IMG/VR virus record: IMGVR_UViG_3300028608_000006
Location: 124,001-188,000 of that record
Reading direction: 5' to 3' (one strand)
DNA: 64,000 nucleotides
A model generated the notes under the pieces. It worked only from the letters and a program-made list of their open reading frames with translations, had not been told where the DNA came from and searched no databases. The translations under genes were made by a program, and so were the position numbers. Of this stretch, positions 17,663 to 28,100 are shown one piece after another; the first letter of the stretch is position 1; every line of letters starts with the position of its first letter.

Positions 17663-18901
17663 ATGTACACTTATCGAAGGGCTGTTGGTATTAACCTACA
17701 GGTCCCCCGAGGAGAAGAGCTTTTAGATATTTCAGCGGTGCAGACAAAACAACTTTTTGCTTTGTACAGCGATCTCATCATCGTGGTGACTGACAGCTTT
17801 GCTAAACGTGACGTTGCTATCGACGCCGCTAAGTATCAAGACGAGCTTGGTCTCTTTGTTGGGACGATCCAGGCGTGGCTCAACACCAAGGCCACGGTCC
17901 CGTTGATCACCAGCAATACCCTGCCCGGAACCGAATACCGCTTTGTGACCACTCACGATATCCAGTACGAGTGGTTCACCCTCCTTCCAGGTGATGCCCG
18001 CATCTCTGAAGACCGGCAAAACCTGCTGACCAAAACCTCCGCTCCTGATATCCGTGTCGCCAAGACCGATAACACCGTGGTCGATTACGAAGCCTTGGTG
18101 AAGCGTTGCCTGTGGACCATCAACGGCCACTTGGTGCGTGCGGTCAAAGGTGATCGGAGTGTTTACCTGTTGAATGCCGGCAAGCACTTTAACGTGGATG
18201 ATAACGTCCATGTCAACTCGCTGAACTTCAACACGGTGTCCACCCTCAATACTTATCCCATTGCCGCTGAACAATTAGAGTTCATTGACCACGACACTTA
18301 CCGCTCTTTGCGAGTGGACTTGCCGGTGTCGCTGGTAGGTAAGACGGTGTGGATGTCGATCGGTGGTCGCTTGTACCTCAATGACGTGGTTCAGGTAAAC
18401 GGTCCTAAGGGTGTGACTATCCGGACTGAGAAAGTGGATTGGTTCTCGCGGATCTTTGACTCGAAAGAATTGATCGACCTGACCTCGGTGATTGATAAGG
18501 ATCGCCAAGTGGTTGGTAAAGACTTCTTCCAGACCGAAGAGTTCTTCACGAAGCTGCTGACGGACCCCTCGTCCTTCTTCATCATTCTGGACAACCCGCA
18601 TCTGTACGTGGATCTGCAACCGATCACGAGCTATGCTTACCCCTTTACGTTTCATACGGAAGAAACGAGACGTATCCCGTTGATGGTTGGTAATGGACTG
18701 CTGCCAAAATACTTCACCCGTAGACTTATTAACCGGAGGCTACTCGACATTGACATTGGCGTTCATAAGCGTTACCTCAACAAGACTACCGGTATCCACA
18801 ACGAGGGGGAACTCTTTCATGGATACACCAATCGGTATACCCCAAGCACCCTTCTAGAAGGGTATCTCCTTTACATACGCGGTCTGATTCAAGAGGCTTA
18901 A
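17663..18901 (+). CDS. Putative virion structural protein
   Basis: 412-aa beta-rich ORF with SD AAGGAG, lying among tail genes. Function not assignable from motifs. Confidence 0.6.
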   Translation: MYTYRRAVGINLQVPRGEELLDISAVQTKQLFALYSDLIIVVTDSFAKRDVAIDAAKYQDELGLFVGTIQAWLNTKATVPLITSNTLPGTEYRFVTTHDIQYEWFTLLPGDARISEDRQNLLTKTSAPDIRVAKTDNTVVDYEALVKRCLWTINGHLVRAVKGDRSVYLLNAGKHFNVDDNVHVNSLNFNTVSTLNTYPIAAEQLEFIDHDTYRSLRVDLPVSLVGKTVWMSIGGRLYLNDVVQVNGPKGVTIRTEKVDWFSRIFDSKELIDLTSVIDKDRQVVGKDFFQTEEFFTKLLTDPSSFFIILDNPHLYVDLQPITSYAYPFTFHTEETRRIPLMVGNGLLPKYFTRRLINRRLLDIDIGVHKRYLNKTTGIHNEGELFHGYTNRYTPSTLLEGYLLYIRGLIQEA

Positions 18902-18904
18902 CCT

Positions 18905-19450
18905 ATGGTGGCTTTACTTTCAGGTACTTTCTTTTCGGACAAGGTCCGATCAGCGATTACCATGTTCCTACTCACCCTGTTGCTCGGGCTGGCTTGCTTT
19001 CAGTATTTCTTCCCCCGGCACACCAACACACTCGATGCAGCAACGATCGAGTCCTTGCGTGACGTGCGCGGTCAGCTGGAACGTGTGGCAGACAACCTGG
19101 AAAAGTCCAGTGAGTCACAGGCCGCTCTGAACAGTACCCTAACCCGGCAACTTGATGTCGCCAGACAGGTGCAGAATGAAGGCTATGCGAATCTCCTTAA
19201 GCAGTATGGGCTTGATCTTTCTTTGCCTAGTGCTAATACCGATGACCCTTTCGGGCTGCGGACACCAGACCACAATCTCGGAAGGGAACTTGTACCTCCA
19301 AGCCCAGGCTCAACAGGTACAGATCAACTCTTACAAGACCCAGCTGAAGTCCACAAGGGAAAGACTGACCCAAGTCATCCCCCAGGTGCGGAGCGACAAT
19401 CCGGAACCACCCAAGTCGTTGCTGGCGGACCTCACGACGTATCTGGTTAA
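18905..19450 (+). CDS. Putative inner-membrane spanin (Rz-like)
   Basis: A single N-terminal TM (AITMFLLTLLLGLACFQYFF), then a coiled coil (LRDVRGQLERVADNLEKSSESQAALNSTLTRQL) and a Pro-rich tail; it overlaps a lipoprotein gene. Confidence 0.7.
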   Translation: MVALLSGTFFSDKVRSAITMFLLTLLLGLACFQYFFPRHTNTLDAATIESLRDVRGQLERVADNLEKSSESQAALNSTLTRQLDVARQVQNEGYANLLKQYGLDLSLPSANTDDPFGLRTPDHNLGRELVPPSPGSTGTDQLLQDPAEVHKGKTDPSHPPGAERQSGTTQVVAGGPHDVSG

Positions 19451-19655
19451 CAACGACTGCACCACGTTCCCCGCTACTATCAAGGATCAGTGTTACAAGG
19501 CGACTCGAGTCAAGTTGATTGAGATCACCCGATTACTTGATTCGACGAGGATGAACGAATACGCTGGACAGCGCACCATCGTTCAATTGATTGCGAGCAT
19601 CAACACGCTGATCGACAGCATGGCTGATACGCAACCTCTTAAACCTCCCGAGTAG
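19176..19655 (+). CDS. Putative outer-membrane lipoprotein spanin (Rz1-like)
   Basis: Start ATG 19176 (or 19185). Signal peptide MKAMRISLSSMGLIFLCLVLIPMT with lipobox LSG-C. Lies in the +1 frame and overlaps the upstream gene by 275 nt. Confidence 0.75.
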   Translation: MKAMRISLSSMGLIFLCLVLIPMTLSGCGHQTTISEGNLYLQAQAQQVQINSYKTQLKSTRERLTQVIPQVRSDNPEPPKSLLADLTTYLVNNDCTTFPATIKDQCYKATRVKLIEITRLLDSTRMNEYAGQRTIVQLIASINTLIDSMADTQPLKPPE

Positions 19656-19661
19656 CAAAAT

Positions 19662-19726
19662 GCGACATAACACCCTTACCCCTACGGAGCCCATAGAGGC
19701 GTCCGTAGGGGTAAGGGGTATGTTTG
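19662..19726. terminator. Bidirectional hairpin between convergent spanin and holin-candidate genes
   Basis: 16-bp arms cccttacccctacgga (19673-19688) and tccgtaggggtaaggg (19702-19717); GTATGTTTGC follows on + and TTATGTCGC follows on -. Confidence 0.85.
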
Positions 19727-19739
19727 CTTGTCCAGCCTT

Positions 19740-20162
19740 TTATTGCGGCGCAGGAGGGTCCTCAGGAGGCTTTGGATCCTTCGGTGCAATGGCTGTCGCC
19801 ACCCGACTACGGATCTTGTCCGCAACAGGTATCAATTCCATCAAGGTTGCAATGGTCTTGTTGGCGTTCATCCACGTCCAGGCTACAATGATCGGTCCCA
19901 CGTTCATAACGATCATGGAGATCTCGCTCGGCCATTGACCGTTCTTCTCAACCGAAACGTTTGTAGTCCAGGCGTTTGCTAATGCTGCAAGACAAAGAGT
20001 CCACACCGTCACCGCACCAAAGGTGTTGCGCAGCATGACACTCCACTTCCCGAACACCTCCCGCTCAATACCACCAGCGGGAGGAACCGGGGCTACTTCT
20101 TGAACGGGGAGGGTAGCAGGTGTCTCGCTAGCTCCTCCCGGCTCAGTATCGACAGTGGCCAT
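19740..20162 (-). CDS. Two-TM membrane protein, candidate class II holin
   Basis: Hydrophobic segments TFGAVTVWTLCLAALANAW and SMIVMNVGPIIVAWTWM, a charged C-terminus (KIRSR...KDPKPPED), and adjacency to the spanin-like pair. Confidence 0.5.
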   Translation of the reverse strand: MATVDTEPGGASETPATLPVQEVAPVPPAGGIEREVFGKWSVMLRNTFGAVTVWTLCLAALANAWTTNVSVEKNGQWPSEISMIVMNVGPIIVAWTWMNANKTIATLMELIPVADKIRSRVATAIAPKDPKPPEDPPAPQ

Positions 20163-20749
20163 TCGTGATATACCCCGTAGTCTTTTGCAATCTGTTCACA
20201 ACGGTACAGACATACGGCGCCGGCGTCAGTGGTGTGTTCATCCATCAACGAGATATCTAAATCACCAGCATCAAGTCCACCGTACTCCTTAAGGCCTTTT
20301 TGTACATCTTCTTTGGTTGTACCACGGAAGTTTGCTTTCACAATTTCCTTGGCTTGGTTCGGCAATACATACGACAGGTGAACATCATTCTCGATAAACG
20401 ACTGTCGTAGTAAAGCAACGCATTGAATCAACTGCTTGAACGTCAGAGGGGACATGCCCATGAAGTTATCTTCGCAGATCCCAGTGTCCGGTTCATGAAT
20501 AGCCACCAGAGACTTAAGGCTGCGAAACAAGCCGTAGGTCCGGGCCAAGAGTTTAGTCCCGGCCAAGTCATCGAACTGCACGGGAATGTCGTAGAGTACC
20601 TTCTCGCCGTAGATCGTGTTGGCATACACCAACTTAAACTTCTCCGGCTTCTCGATGTTCACATCTACGACAAACACACCCATGTTGGTAGTCGAGGGGT
20701 CAATCCCCATTACCCGCACGATACCTGGATGTCTTAGACCCTTAGGCAT
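20093..20749 (-). CDS. ruvC: RuvC-like Holliday junction resolvase
   Basis: VMGIDPSTTNMG (catalytic D), GICEDNF (catalytic E), KEDVQ, and DEHTTDAGAV (D..D). Confidence 0.9.
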   Translation of the reverse strand: MPKGLRHPGIVRVMGIDPSTTNMGVFVVDVNIEKPEKFKLVYANTIYGEKVLYDIPVQFDDLAGTKLLARTYGLFRSLKSLVAIHEPDTGICEDNFMGMSPLTFKQLIQCVALLRQSFIENDVHLSYVLPNQAKEIVKANFRGTTKEDVQKGLKEYGGLDAGDLDISLMDEHTTDAGAVCLYRCEQIAKDYGVYHEWPLSILSREELARHLLPSPFKK

Positions 20750-21348
20750 ATGAAGCCGAGTTTAGACCCAGAGAGGATCTGTACCACGGCAACCATGTCA
20801 GGAGAATCTTCCAGCAGGAACTCATCCGGTGCATCTTCGGAGGTCCCTTTGTAGACGAGCTTAAAGCCGCCTGCACAGAGATCACCGATAGTACCTGACT
20901 TCCACTGGCCCAGTACGCGGTAGTTGTTGAGCAGGGTCGCCAGCTTCCAAGCCACAGTGTTATCCGTGTACTCAGTACCGTAGACATTGCCCACACCCAC
21001 TTCATCCAGAAACTCCAGCTCGTCGGCGCTATGCACGGCAACGGGGGATGTCAGCCAAGGGTATTCGGCGGATGCAGTGAGGATGTTGTCGATCACCAGT
21101 TCGTCTTCAACTGCTTTCACAGCTTCTGCAACGTTGGTGAAGGTAACCACAACAGTACCTAGGTTGAAGTGAATCAATTCCAGATACAGCTTACCGTCAA
21201 CACCGCGGAAAGCTTGAGACTGTTTAAAGTCACCAGCGTTCAGCTGTGTCTGATAGAACGTGTTGCACAGAGACACCGCCTCAGAGGACGTAGTCCCTTC
21301 TTTAAGGGGAAGGTGTGTCTCCCCTTTCAGAATCGCTGGGGTTTCCAT
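20734..21348 (-). CDS. Hypothetical, probably virion protein
   Basis: 204-aa ORF within a tightly coupled structural operon. Confidence 0.6.
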   Translation of the reverse strand: METPAILKGETHLPLKEGTTSSEAVSLCNTFYQTQLNAGDFKQSQAFRGVDGKLYLELIHFNLGTVVVTFTNVAEAVKAVEDELVIDNILTASAEYPWLTSPVAVHSADELEFLDEVGVGNVYGTEYTDNTVAWKLATLLNNYRVLGQWKSGTIGDLCAGGFKLVYKGTSEDAPDEFLLEDSPDMVAVVQILSGSKLGFICLRV

Positions 21349-21351
21349 GGA

Positions 21352-22299
21352 TTAGTTTCCTTGGCCGGTAGTCGTACCAGTTGCGTTGGTGTGCAACAGC
21401 ATAGGCTCGCTGGCGCCGTGATCGTAGGCCAGTTGTACCTTGGTGTTGGTGATGGCGTTACGACCGTCACGTTCAGTTACGTAGTGAGCATAAACAGCGC
21501 TCAATACTTCGGTGTACTTGATGGTAGCGCCGCCGGCGATCTGACCGTCGAACTGAGTGTCGATACCCCAGGCCACGCCCACTTCGTTGATCGAAGCAAA
21601 GCTGGTGTCACCGAACTTGAGTTTGCACGCTTGAGCGCACTCGTTCAGGTCCTGTTGAGTCATCGAGCAATCCAGGATCGCCGAGCTGTTCAGGTAGGTG
21701 TCGGAGATCGGCACCGCGTTGACCGAAGTGAAGTCGATCGGTTGTGGATCGAACAGGTCGTCCTTCGTCGGTACGTACGGCTTGGCGTTCTCGTTACCCG
21801 CGTCGTCACGGGTGATCTTGTTCACCGAAGGGTCGTAGCTGTCGAAGTTGATTACCTTGAGGTAATACACCGCGTAGACTTCGCCATCCGGGAAGGTTTC
21901 GATCACACGCATGCGATACTTCAGGCGGTTGATGTTGTCCAGGTCGCTACCGATAGGACGGCAGATAAACGGGATCGGCACGAACAGGTTCATGTCGATT
22001 GGCTGGTGCTGGTTCACTTTCAGCTTGGTGGTGCCAATGCTGGTGCGGCCATCACAATCGGACCCGCGGATACCAATACCAAAGAACTTCAGTTCAAAAT
22101 CACGGCCATTCTTCAGACCGATGGACTCATCACCCATGATGTTGTAGCGTTCATTCAGGGTGGTGTACTGGGGAAGGTTGATCTTTTGATTGGTAGCGCA
22201 GCACTTCCCAATCAGGTTACCGAATGCCGTGTTGGTAACTGTTTGGGTAGGAACCTCCGAACGGTTCTGGTCTTGTACTTCAGCGCTAGTAATAGTCAT
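21352..22299 (-). CDS. Conserved virion structural (tail/baseplate) protein
   Basis: 315-aa ORF with strong codon bias and SD AGGAA, in the structural operon. Family assignment from context only. Confidence 0.6.
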   Translation of the reverse strand: MTITSAEVQDQNRSEVPTQTVTNTAFGNLIGKCCATNQKINLPQYTTLNERYNIMGDESIGLKNGRDFELKFFGIGIRGSDCDGRTSIGTTKLKVNQHQPIDMNLFVPIPFICRPIGSDLDNINRLKYRMRVIETFPDGEVYAVYYLKVINFDSYDPSVNKITRDDAGNENAKPYVPTKDDLFDPQPIDFTSVNAVPISDTYLNSSAILDCSMTQQDLNECAQACKLKFGDTSFASINEVGVAWGIDTQFDGQIAGGATIKYTEVLSAVYAHYVTERDGRNAITNTKVQLAYDHGASEPMLLHTNATGTTTGQGN

Positions 22300-22311
22300 C
22301 GAAAAAAGTTC

Positions 22312-22719
22312 CTATAAAAAAGAGATAACGAAAGAGCTCTGAAAGCGCATAGAATTTGGGCTCATCACCACAGTCAGCTTAGTGCCAACCAGCGACAAAA
22401 CCCCGATGTCTTCCGGAAGCAATTCCAAGTTGACCTGTCTGTTGATCCAACCTGCCATGCTCGTTTTATTAAGCATGGCCTCACGGTCGCCCTGCAAATC
22501 TTTCGGGAACCACAGCGACTTCTGCTGGCTGTAAGGCTTAACGTCTAGACGTTTATGCTCGTAGATCTCTGGAGTCGTACCATCACGACTAACCAAGAAG
22601 ACCTGGTTCCCTGTAATACGATCAACACGCTGGTGGACAAAGGTGACTTCTTTAACGTCCTTTATCTTCCGTCTGTAGCAATAATCTTTAACGATCAGGT
22701 TGACTTCACGAGTTGCCAT
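22312..22719 (-). CDS. Small virion-type protein
   Basis: 135 aa; C-terminal motif INRQVNLELLPEDI...SPNSMRFQSSFVI resembles the ORFs at 47954 and 50096. Confidence 0.6.
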   Translation of the reverse strand: MATREVNLIVKDYCYRRKIKDVKEVTFVHQRVDRITGNQVFLVSRDGTTPEIYEHKRLDVKPYSQQKSLWFPKDLQGDREAMLNKTSMAGWINRQVNLELLPEDIGVLSLVGTKLTVVMSPNSMRFQSSFVISFL

Positions 22720-22722
22720 GGA

Positions 22723-25095
22723 TCAACCTCCCACTTGCAGTAACGGTTCATCATCATCGAACTTCAGCTTACCGTAGTAAGTCTCGGGGATGATGCTTGG
22801 TCCCTGTGGTGCGAAAGGGAACTTCAACTTGCCGTAATAGGTGTCAACGATACGGGTGGCTGGTTTGGTTGGGAACTTGAGTTTCCCGTAGTACGTATCC
22901 GGAATTGGTTTCAGGACCGGAATCGGGAACTTCAGTCTCAACGGATCTGGCAGCGGCGGTGGCGGGATCACTTCAGGCGGCTTCGGAATGTCTTCCAATC
23001 CCAGCGGTCTGAAGTACGAACGATCGGAAATGCGTACCGCGTAGTTGCGGATGTCATCCGACAGGTCCACAGGCTTGATGTGGTCGTTGCTGACGACCGT
23101 TGCCTTGCCCTCCGAGTCCATCACAGCCTTCGGCTTGATCGCGTCTGTAATAGGGGTCACAGACGCCATGTGGCGGATCCCGTCAATGTAACCACGGGTC
23201 AACAACTTAGCGTTCTGGAAGTCCCCGTAAGAACCGTTGCCTTTACCGATCCATTTCGGATCACCAATAAAGGTTTCGTTCTTCAGCTCCGTCAGGTCAA
23301 TACCGTCGTCCATCTCCTTGATCACATGAATGGTGTACGAAGACAACCCAGTCATGATGTCAATGAGATCACTCTGCTTAGCACGGAGTGATGGATGATT
23401 GTTACTGTCCCAGCCGGTAATGCGCTTGAAGATGTCCCAAGCAAAGTTCCTAGCTTCTTCTGCCGAGTACTCAGAGAAGTCCAGTTCATAAGCTTCGATC
23501 AGGTTCTTGTACGACGTGTGCTTAGTCAGCGTGGTCAGGTAGCCCGTCTCGTACATGTCAGCGCAGGTGTTCTTAACCCGAGCCCGCATGTTCAAGTCGT
23601 AGTACTGACTGAAGATCTTCCGATGGTTCCACTGTGCCGTGTACACCGCTGTGGCGTAGGTCATCAGGTATTCAGGGGCGATGAACGTATCCACCGGTAT
23701 CCACTGATCACGAATCCCTTTTGCATCCGGGTAGTTGATGAAGGCTTTACCGCCGATGCCTTGCAGCTCGGCAATCGAAGGTGGCTTGATCTTCATAACG
23801 TTCTGGTACTGAGCAGGCTCGATAGCAAGCGGCTCTTCACCATAGGTCAGGTCAATCAAGTAACGCCAAATGTAATAAGCGTCACCAACTGGCAAACGAA
23901 CCGAACGCCCGTTCTTCGGATCGACCACCAGGATCTTGCCTTTAAACAGACCTTTCCCCGCCAAGTAGATCCACTCGTTGTACACCGTGGACATCAGGGT
24001 ATCGATGTGCCGGTTGGTGTAATCCTTCATGGAGGATTCGAGCGTCTTGGTAGGCAGTTCCGAATGCAGACTGAACTGACCCTTCTGCATGGCGTCTTCG
24101 TAATAGATCGACGTCTGGTCGTAGTTGTCCTTAGCCACAAACTGTGTCTTCAGAATCAACGCCCGGGTGTCGATAAAGGAAGCAGCCCGACCGTAGTCTT
24201 CCATCAAGTTCATCTGGAGCTTACGGTACAGCGGGGTAGGGGTTACATCGTCCAGCTGGGTCTCGGTGGTCTCCACCATGTCGTACTTCGCCAACGGGAT
24301 GTCAGCGGTCGACAGCATGTTGTCCAGCAACTTGTGGAAAGTGTACTGCTGGCCGGGATTGTTCTTGATCCACGCAATGTTGCGATACAGCCACATGATT
24401 TGGAAACGAGTAAGACTATTCTTATATCTGGAGAAGTCCCCGTAGGAATCTATACGGGCCCAAATGTAGAAGTCATGGACGTTTCGAGTCCCGATGGCTT
24501 CAAAGCGGATGGTGCAGATAGCTTTGATCAAATCTGCATACAACTGCATAATCGCTACCGGCAACATCAAGTCGTCGGTAACCATGTATTCGTTGTCGAA
24601 GATGTGACTCTTTTCCGCGAGAACCCAGGCCTGTAGTTGGGGGATCAATTGATCCTCGTTCCACAGCACCAAGTTCTTGTTGTATTTGAGGATCTTATAG
24701 TCCTCTGCCCCGATCGTCTCGGCATACGGGATCGGTGCCAAAATGCCGCGTATTAATTCTGACTGCGCAGGGTACGTGCTGTTAAGGCGTTGGAACAAGT
24801 CACCACCGGAATTGTACTCCCGGAAAGTGGCCATGTGGATTTCCAAGTTCGCTTTGTTGAAGACGATGTCGTCGCCTGTGTCTACAGACTTGACGTACAT
24901 GACCTCATCAGTGTCGTGGTAATCCCCGTTCATGTTCATGTAGTAGCGCCAGGTGGTCTTGTCACTGCTGACCGGATACCCCGCATTTACCAGCATGTCA
25001 TTGTCGCGAACAGCAACCGCCTCGATTTTGATCACCATGGTTCGCGCTAAGCGGAACACACTGGTTAGATATGCATCCAATTCGATATTGTTCAT
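22723..25095 (-). CDS. Baseplate-type virion protein (phiKZ gp128-like by synteny)
   Basis: 790 aa, head-to-head with the portal candidate; Pro-rich C-terminus with three TYYGKLKF repeats. Confidence 0.6.
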   Translation of the reverse strand: MNNIELDAYLTSVFRLARTMVIKIEAVAVRDNDMLVNAGYPVSSDKTTWRYYMNMNGDYHDTDEVMYVKSVDTGDDIVFNKANLEIHMATFREYNSGGDLFQRLNSTYPAQSELIRGILAPIPYAETIGAEDYKILKYNKNLVLWNEDQLIPQLQAWVLAEKSHIFDNEYMVTDDLMLPVAIMQLYADLIKAICTIRFEAIGTRNVHDFYIWARIDSYGDFSRYKNSLTRFQIMWLYRNIAWIKNNPGQQYTFHKLLDNMLSTADIPLAKYDMVETTETQLDDVTPTPLYRKLQMNLMEDYGRAASFIDTRALILKTQFVAKDNYDQTSIYYEDAMQKGQFSLHSELPTKTLESSMKDYTNRHIDTLMSTVYNEWIYLAGKGLFKGKILVVDPKNGRSVRLPVGDAYYIWRYLIDLTYGEEPLAIEPAQYQNVMKIKPPSIAELQGIGGKAFINYPDAKGIRDQWIPVDTFIAPEYLMTYATAVYTAQWNHRKIFSQYYDLNMRARVKNTCADMYETGYLTTLTKHTSYKNLIEAYELDFSEYSAEEARNFAWDIFKRITGWDSNNHPSLRAKQSDLIDIMTGLSSYTIHVIKEMDDGIDLTELKNETFIGDPKWIGKGNGSYGDFQNAKLLTRGYIDGIRHMASVTPITDAIKPKAVMDSEGKATVVSNDHIKPVDLSDDIRNYAVRISDRSYFRPLGLEDIPKPPEVIPPPPLPDPLRLKFPIPVLKPIPDTYYGKLKFPTKPATRIVDTYYGKLKFPFAPQGPSIIPETYYGKLKFDDDEPLLQVGG
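22759..22896 (-). repeat. Three TYYGKLKF peptide repeats
   Basis: Copies at 22759-22782, 22819-22842 and 22873-22896, identical in protein but with synonymous DNA differences. Confidence 0.9.
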
Positions 25096-25116
25096 AATTT
25101 ACTCATGAGGTTTACG

Positions 25117-28100
25117 ATGGCTAGGGAAAATCGTCCTGGTACGAGAGGGAATATCCAGGTAGACTACACAGCCCTACGGGCCGACATTAACAACATCAAC
25201 CCGGTCGTGAAGAGCACGCTACGTAACGCGGTTCCTCGCAACGGCCAAAGCCCTGAACGCGATGAGATGCAGGGCAAAACAACGGTTAACGCCCACAAGT
25301 TGGAGCGGCTCAGCAACATTATCAGCAACAACATTAACGCCGCCACCGACTTGCGTCAGATCACTCCTTACATTGGTAAGGCTGAACTGATTTGGGACGC
25401 CATCATGCTTTACCCTAACGGTAAGCAGGAGAAGACCCTCAACTACGACACCCGGCCATCGAAGCTCAAGAACTCTAAGCTGCATGACGAGCTTTTGCGT
25501 GTGTGGGATAACTATTACACAAACGACTATAAAATCGAGGCAGATCTGCGCCCCATGGTGCACGACATGCTTTGGAATACCGGCAGTTATGTTCTGTTCA
25601 ACTTGAGCCGTCCTGGTCTGGATTATTTGATCAACGGTTCTGAGTTGCTGGCTGAAGATAAAGGCATGGCGGGTCGTGCTGGTAACGAAGCTTACGAAGC
25701 CTACAAGACCAAGGCGCAACACGCCGTGGATCAGGAGTTCGTGAAGACCGAGGGCGGTAAGTACGTCGCCCGTAACCGCGGTCGTTTCGTTCGTGACCCA
25801 CACGCGAAGACAACCGTAGCGGCAGTAAGCGGTCTCGAAGCGATCATGAGCGGTCGTCAGACTTACGCCGGTAATGAGTTCAGTCTCTTTGGTGATAACG
25901 AAGTCGCTGACGATAAGGGCGCCAAGGTCAAGGTGGATTTCGGTATTACTCTTACCGATAACCCTTCTCTTCTTTATCTCCAGAAGCTCAGTGCTGTAAC
26001 CCGTCAAACTGACGTGGATGCGGTGATGGGTACTGAAGACCTTAACTTGGTGATCTCTTCGGCGATGATCAAAGGTAAGGAACGGGAAGAGGAAGAGAAC
26101 AAGAAGAAGGGTAAGAAAGCACCTGACCCTAAAGCCCAGACTCAGAACCTCACCGAGCAACAGGCGGATGCCTTGAGCAAAGGCTTGTTCCCTAACCGTA
26201 ACGTGGGTCACCAGTCGATCCAGTTCGTGAAGACGAATGACTCGCTGTCGGGTAACTTGTACGGTCGTGGTTTGACTTGGCATGTTCCTTCTGAGGCTGT
26301 GATTCCAATTCACCGTCAAGGCAGTAACGGCAAACACGAAGACTACATCTTCCTTCTGGATGACGAGGGTAACTTCCTCAAGAACACCGCAGACGCGGAG
26401 TACTACCAGTCGATGAAGAAGAATGCCAACTCGATCTCCAACAAGCCGAAAGGCGGGAGCACTGACAGTCTGATCTCCAACCTGAAGACGATTCAGGACG
26501 GTAAGGACTGTGAGTTCGATATGGCTGAATTTGCTGAGATGGCTAAGGCTAGCATCGTGCGTCAATTCATGTCGGCTATTATTAGCGGCAAGGGTGACAA
26601 CATCAGCATCAGCATCGACGAGGAAACCAACAAGATCTTCTTGGCGCGGATGTTTAAGCGTCAGTCGGTCCGTTGCTTGTACGTTCCAGGCGAAAGCGTG
26701 ACGTACATGGCGTTCAACTACAACCGTTTGGGTATCGGTCAATCCCTGACCCAAGCAGCCAAGATGCACATTGCTCGTCTGGCGGCCTTTGACGTTGCTG
26801 ACGCCATGGCGAACCTGGAAGCAGCCCAACCCCACAGCCTGATGTCTATCAACATCGCTAAGGAAGACCCGGACCCCGCACACACCATTGCGATTGCCCG
26901 GAGTGTGTTCTTCGAGGCCAACCCTCGAATCCACAGTATCCTTTCGACGGCTCAGCTGTCTGTTCCTCAGATCGTGGATGCTTTGCGCGAATCGTCTTTG
27001 ACGGTGAAGATCAATGCGGGGGAAAACCCTCACATGCCTGCACCAGATATCGACATCTCGCACATGGATAAGCAGGTGTTCAAACCTGTTGACCAAGCCA
27101 GTCGTGACGAGGTCCTTAACAAGATCTCCAACTACTTCGGTTTGCCACGCAGCTGGCTGGACATCGTGGATGGTGGCGAGAACCAGTTCCAGATTGAAGC
27201 GTTGACTGAACACCAGATGCTCCTGAACCAAGGGGCTAACTGGCAGGATCAGTGGTGTGACATGATCATGGACTTCGAGCGTAAGCACACGTCTGTGAAC
27301 GGCCCTCTCCTTAATGACTTGGTAAAGGTCATTGTGGATAACAAACCTCTCTGGGTAGGTGATGCTAAAGAACCTCTTGAAGGTTCTGATGAAGTAAAGA
27401 TCAAGATTCTGTTGACTGACTTCATTAACAACATCTACTGCTGGTTGCCAACTCCTGCCAGTACTGAGAGTCATCAGAAGCTCAAGGAAAAGCTGGAAGC
27501 GGTTGATGCATTGGTCGAGGCTTGGACTGAGCTGTCAGGCTACGAGAAGATGCTGCCAGTGGTGGCTAAGGCTCTGGGTCTGGAAGAAGGTGACTACAAC
27601 GCAGACACCATCAAGGAAGCCCTGCGCGCAGCTTACACCACCGAGGCGTTCAAGCGCTTCAACATGCCAATGCCGTTCGATGAGATTGTCAGCGAAGGTA
27701 AGGGCGGTGGCATGGCGTCGCTTGTTAACGCTGTGGTGCATCAGCGGGTTAACTTGGCTGAGTTCTTGGCTAAGCTGACCATTGACGTATCGGCAGCTGA
27801 CAAGAAGCTGATCAAAGAACACCAGCCGAAGATTGCCAAGGCACTGACTGCTCTTGAGGAGACAGTGAACAAGGTAACGGGTGCAGGTGACGAAGGCCAG
27901 CCAGGTGGTGTTGATGGCGATGGCAACCCTATCCCAGGTGGTGATGACGGTTTGGGTGGCGCTGGTGATGGGCTAGACGATGGTCTGGGTGGTCCACCGG
28001 ACGATGACAGTCTGACTCCTCCGGATGACGGCGCTCCGCCGCCTGATGATGCAGATCTGGACGCCCCGCCTGATGACGATGCCCTTCCACCGGACGATGA

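Noticed and set aside
17541-17663. TATG late-promoter calls in the divergent intergenic region (17578-17581 +; 17592-17595 and 17637-17640 -)
   Set aside because: A 4-mer occurs often by chance and cannot be assigned without TSS data.
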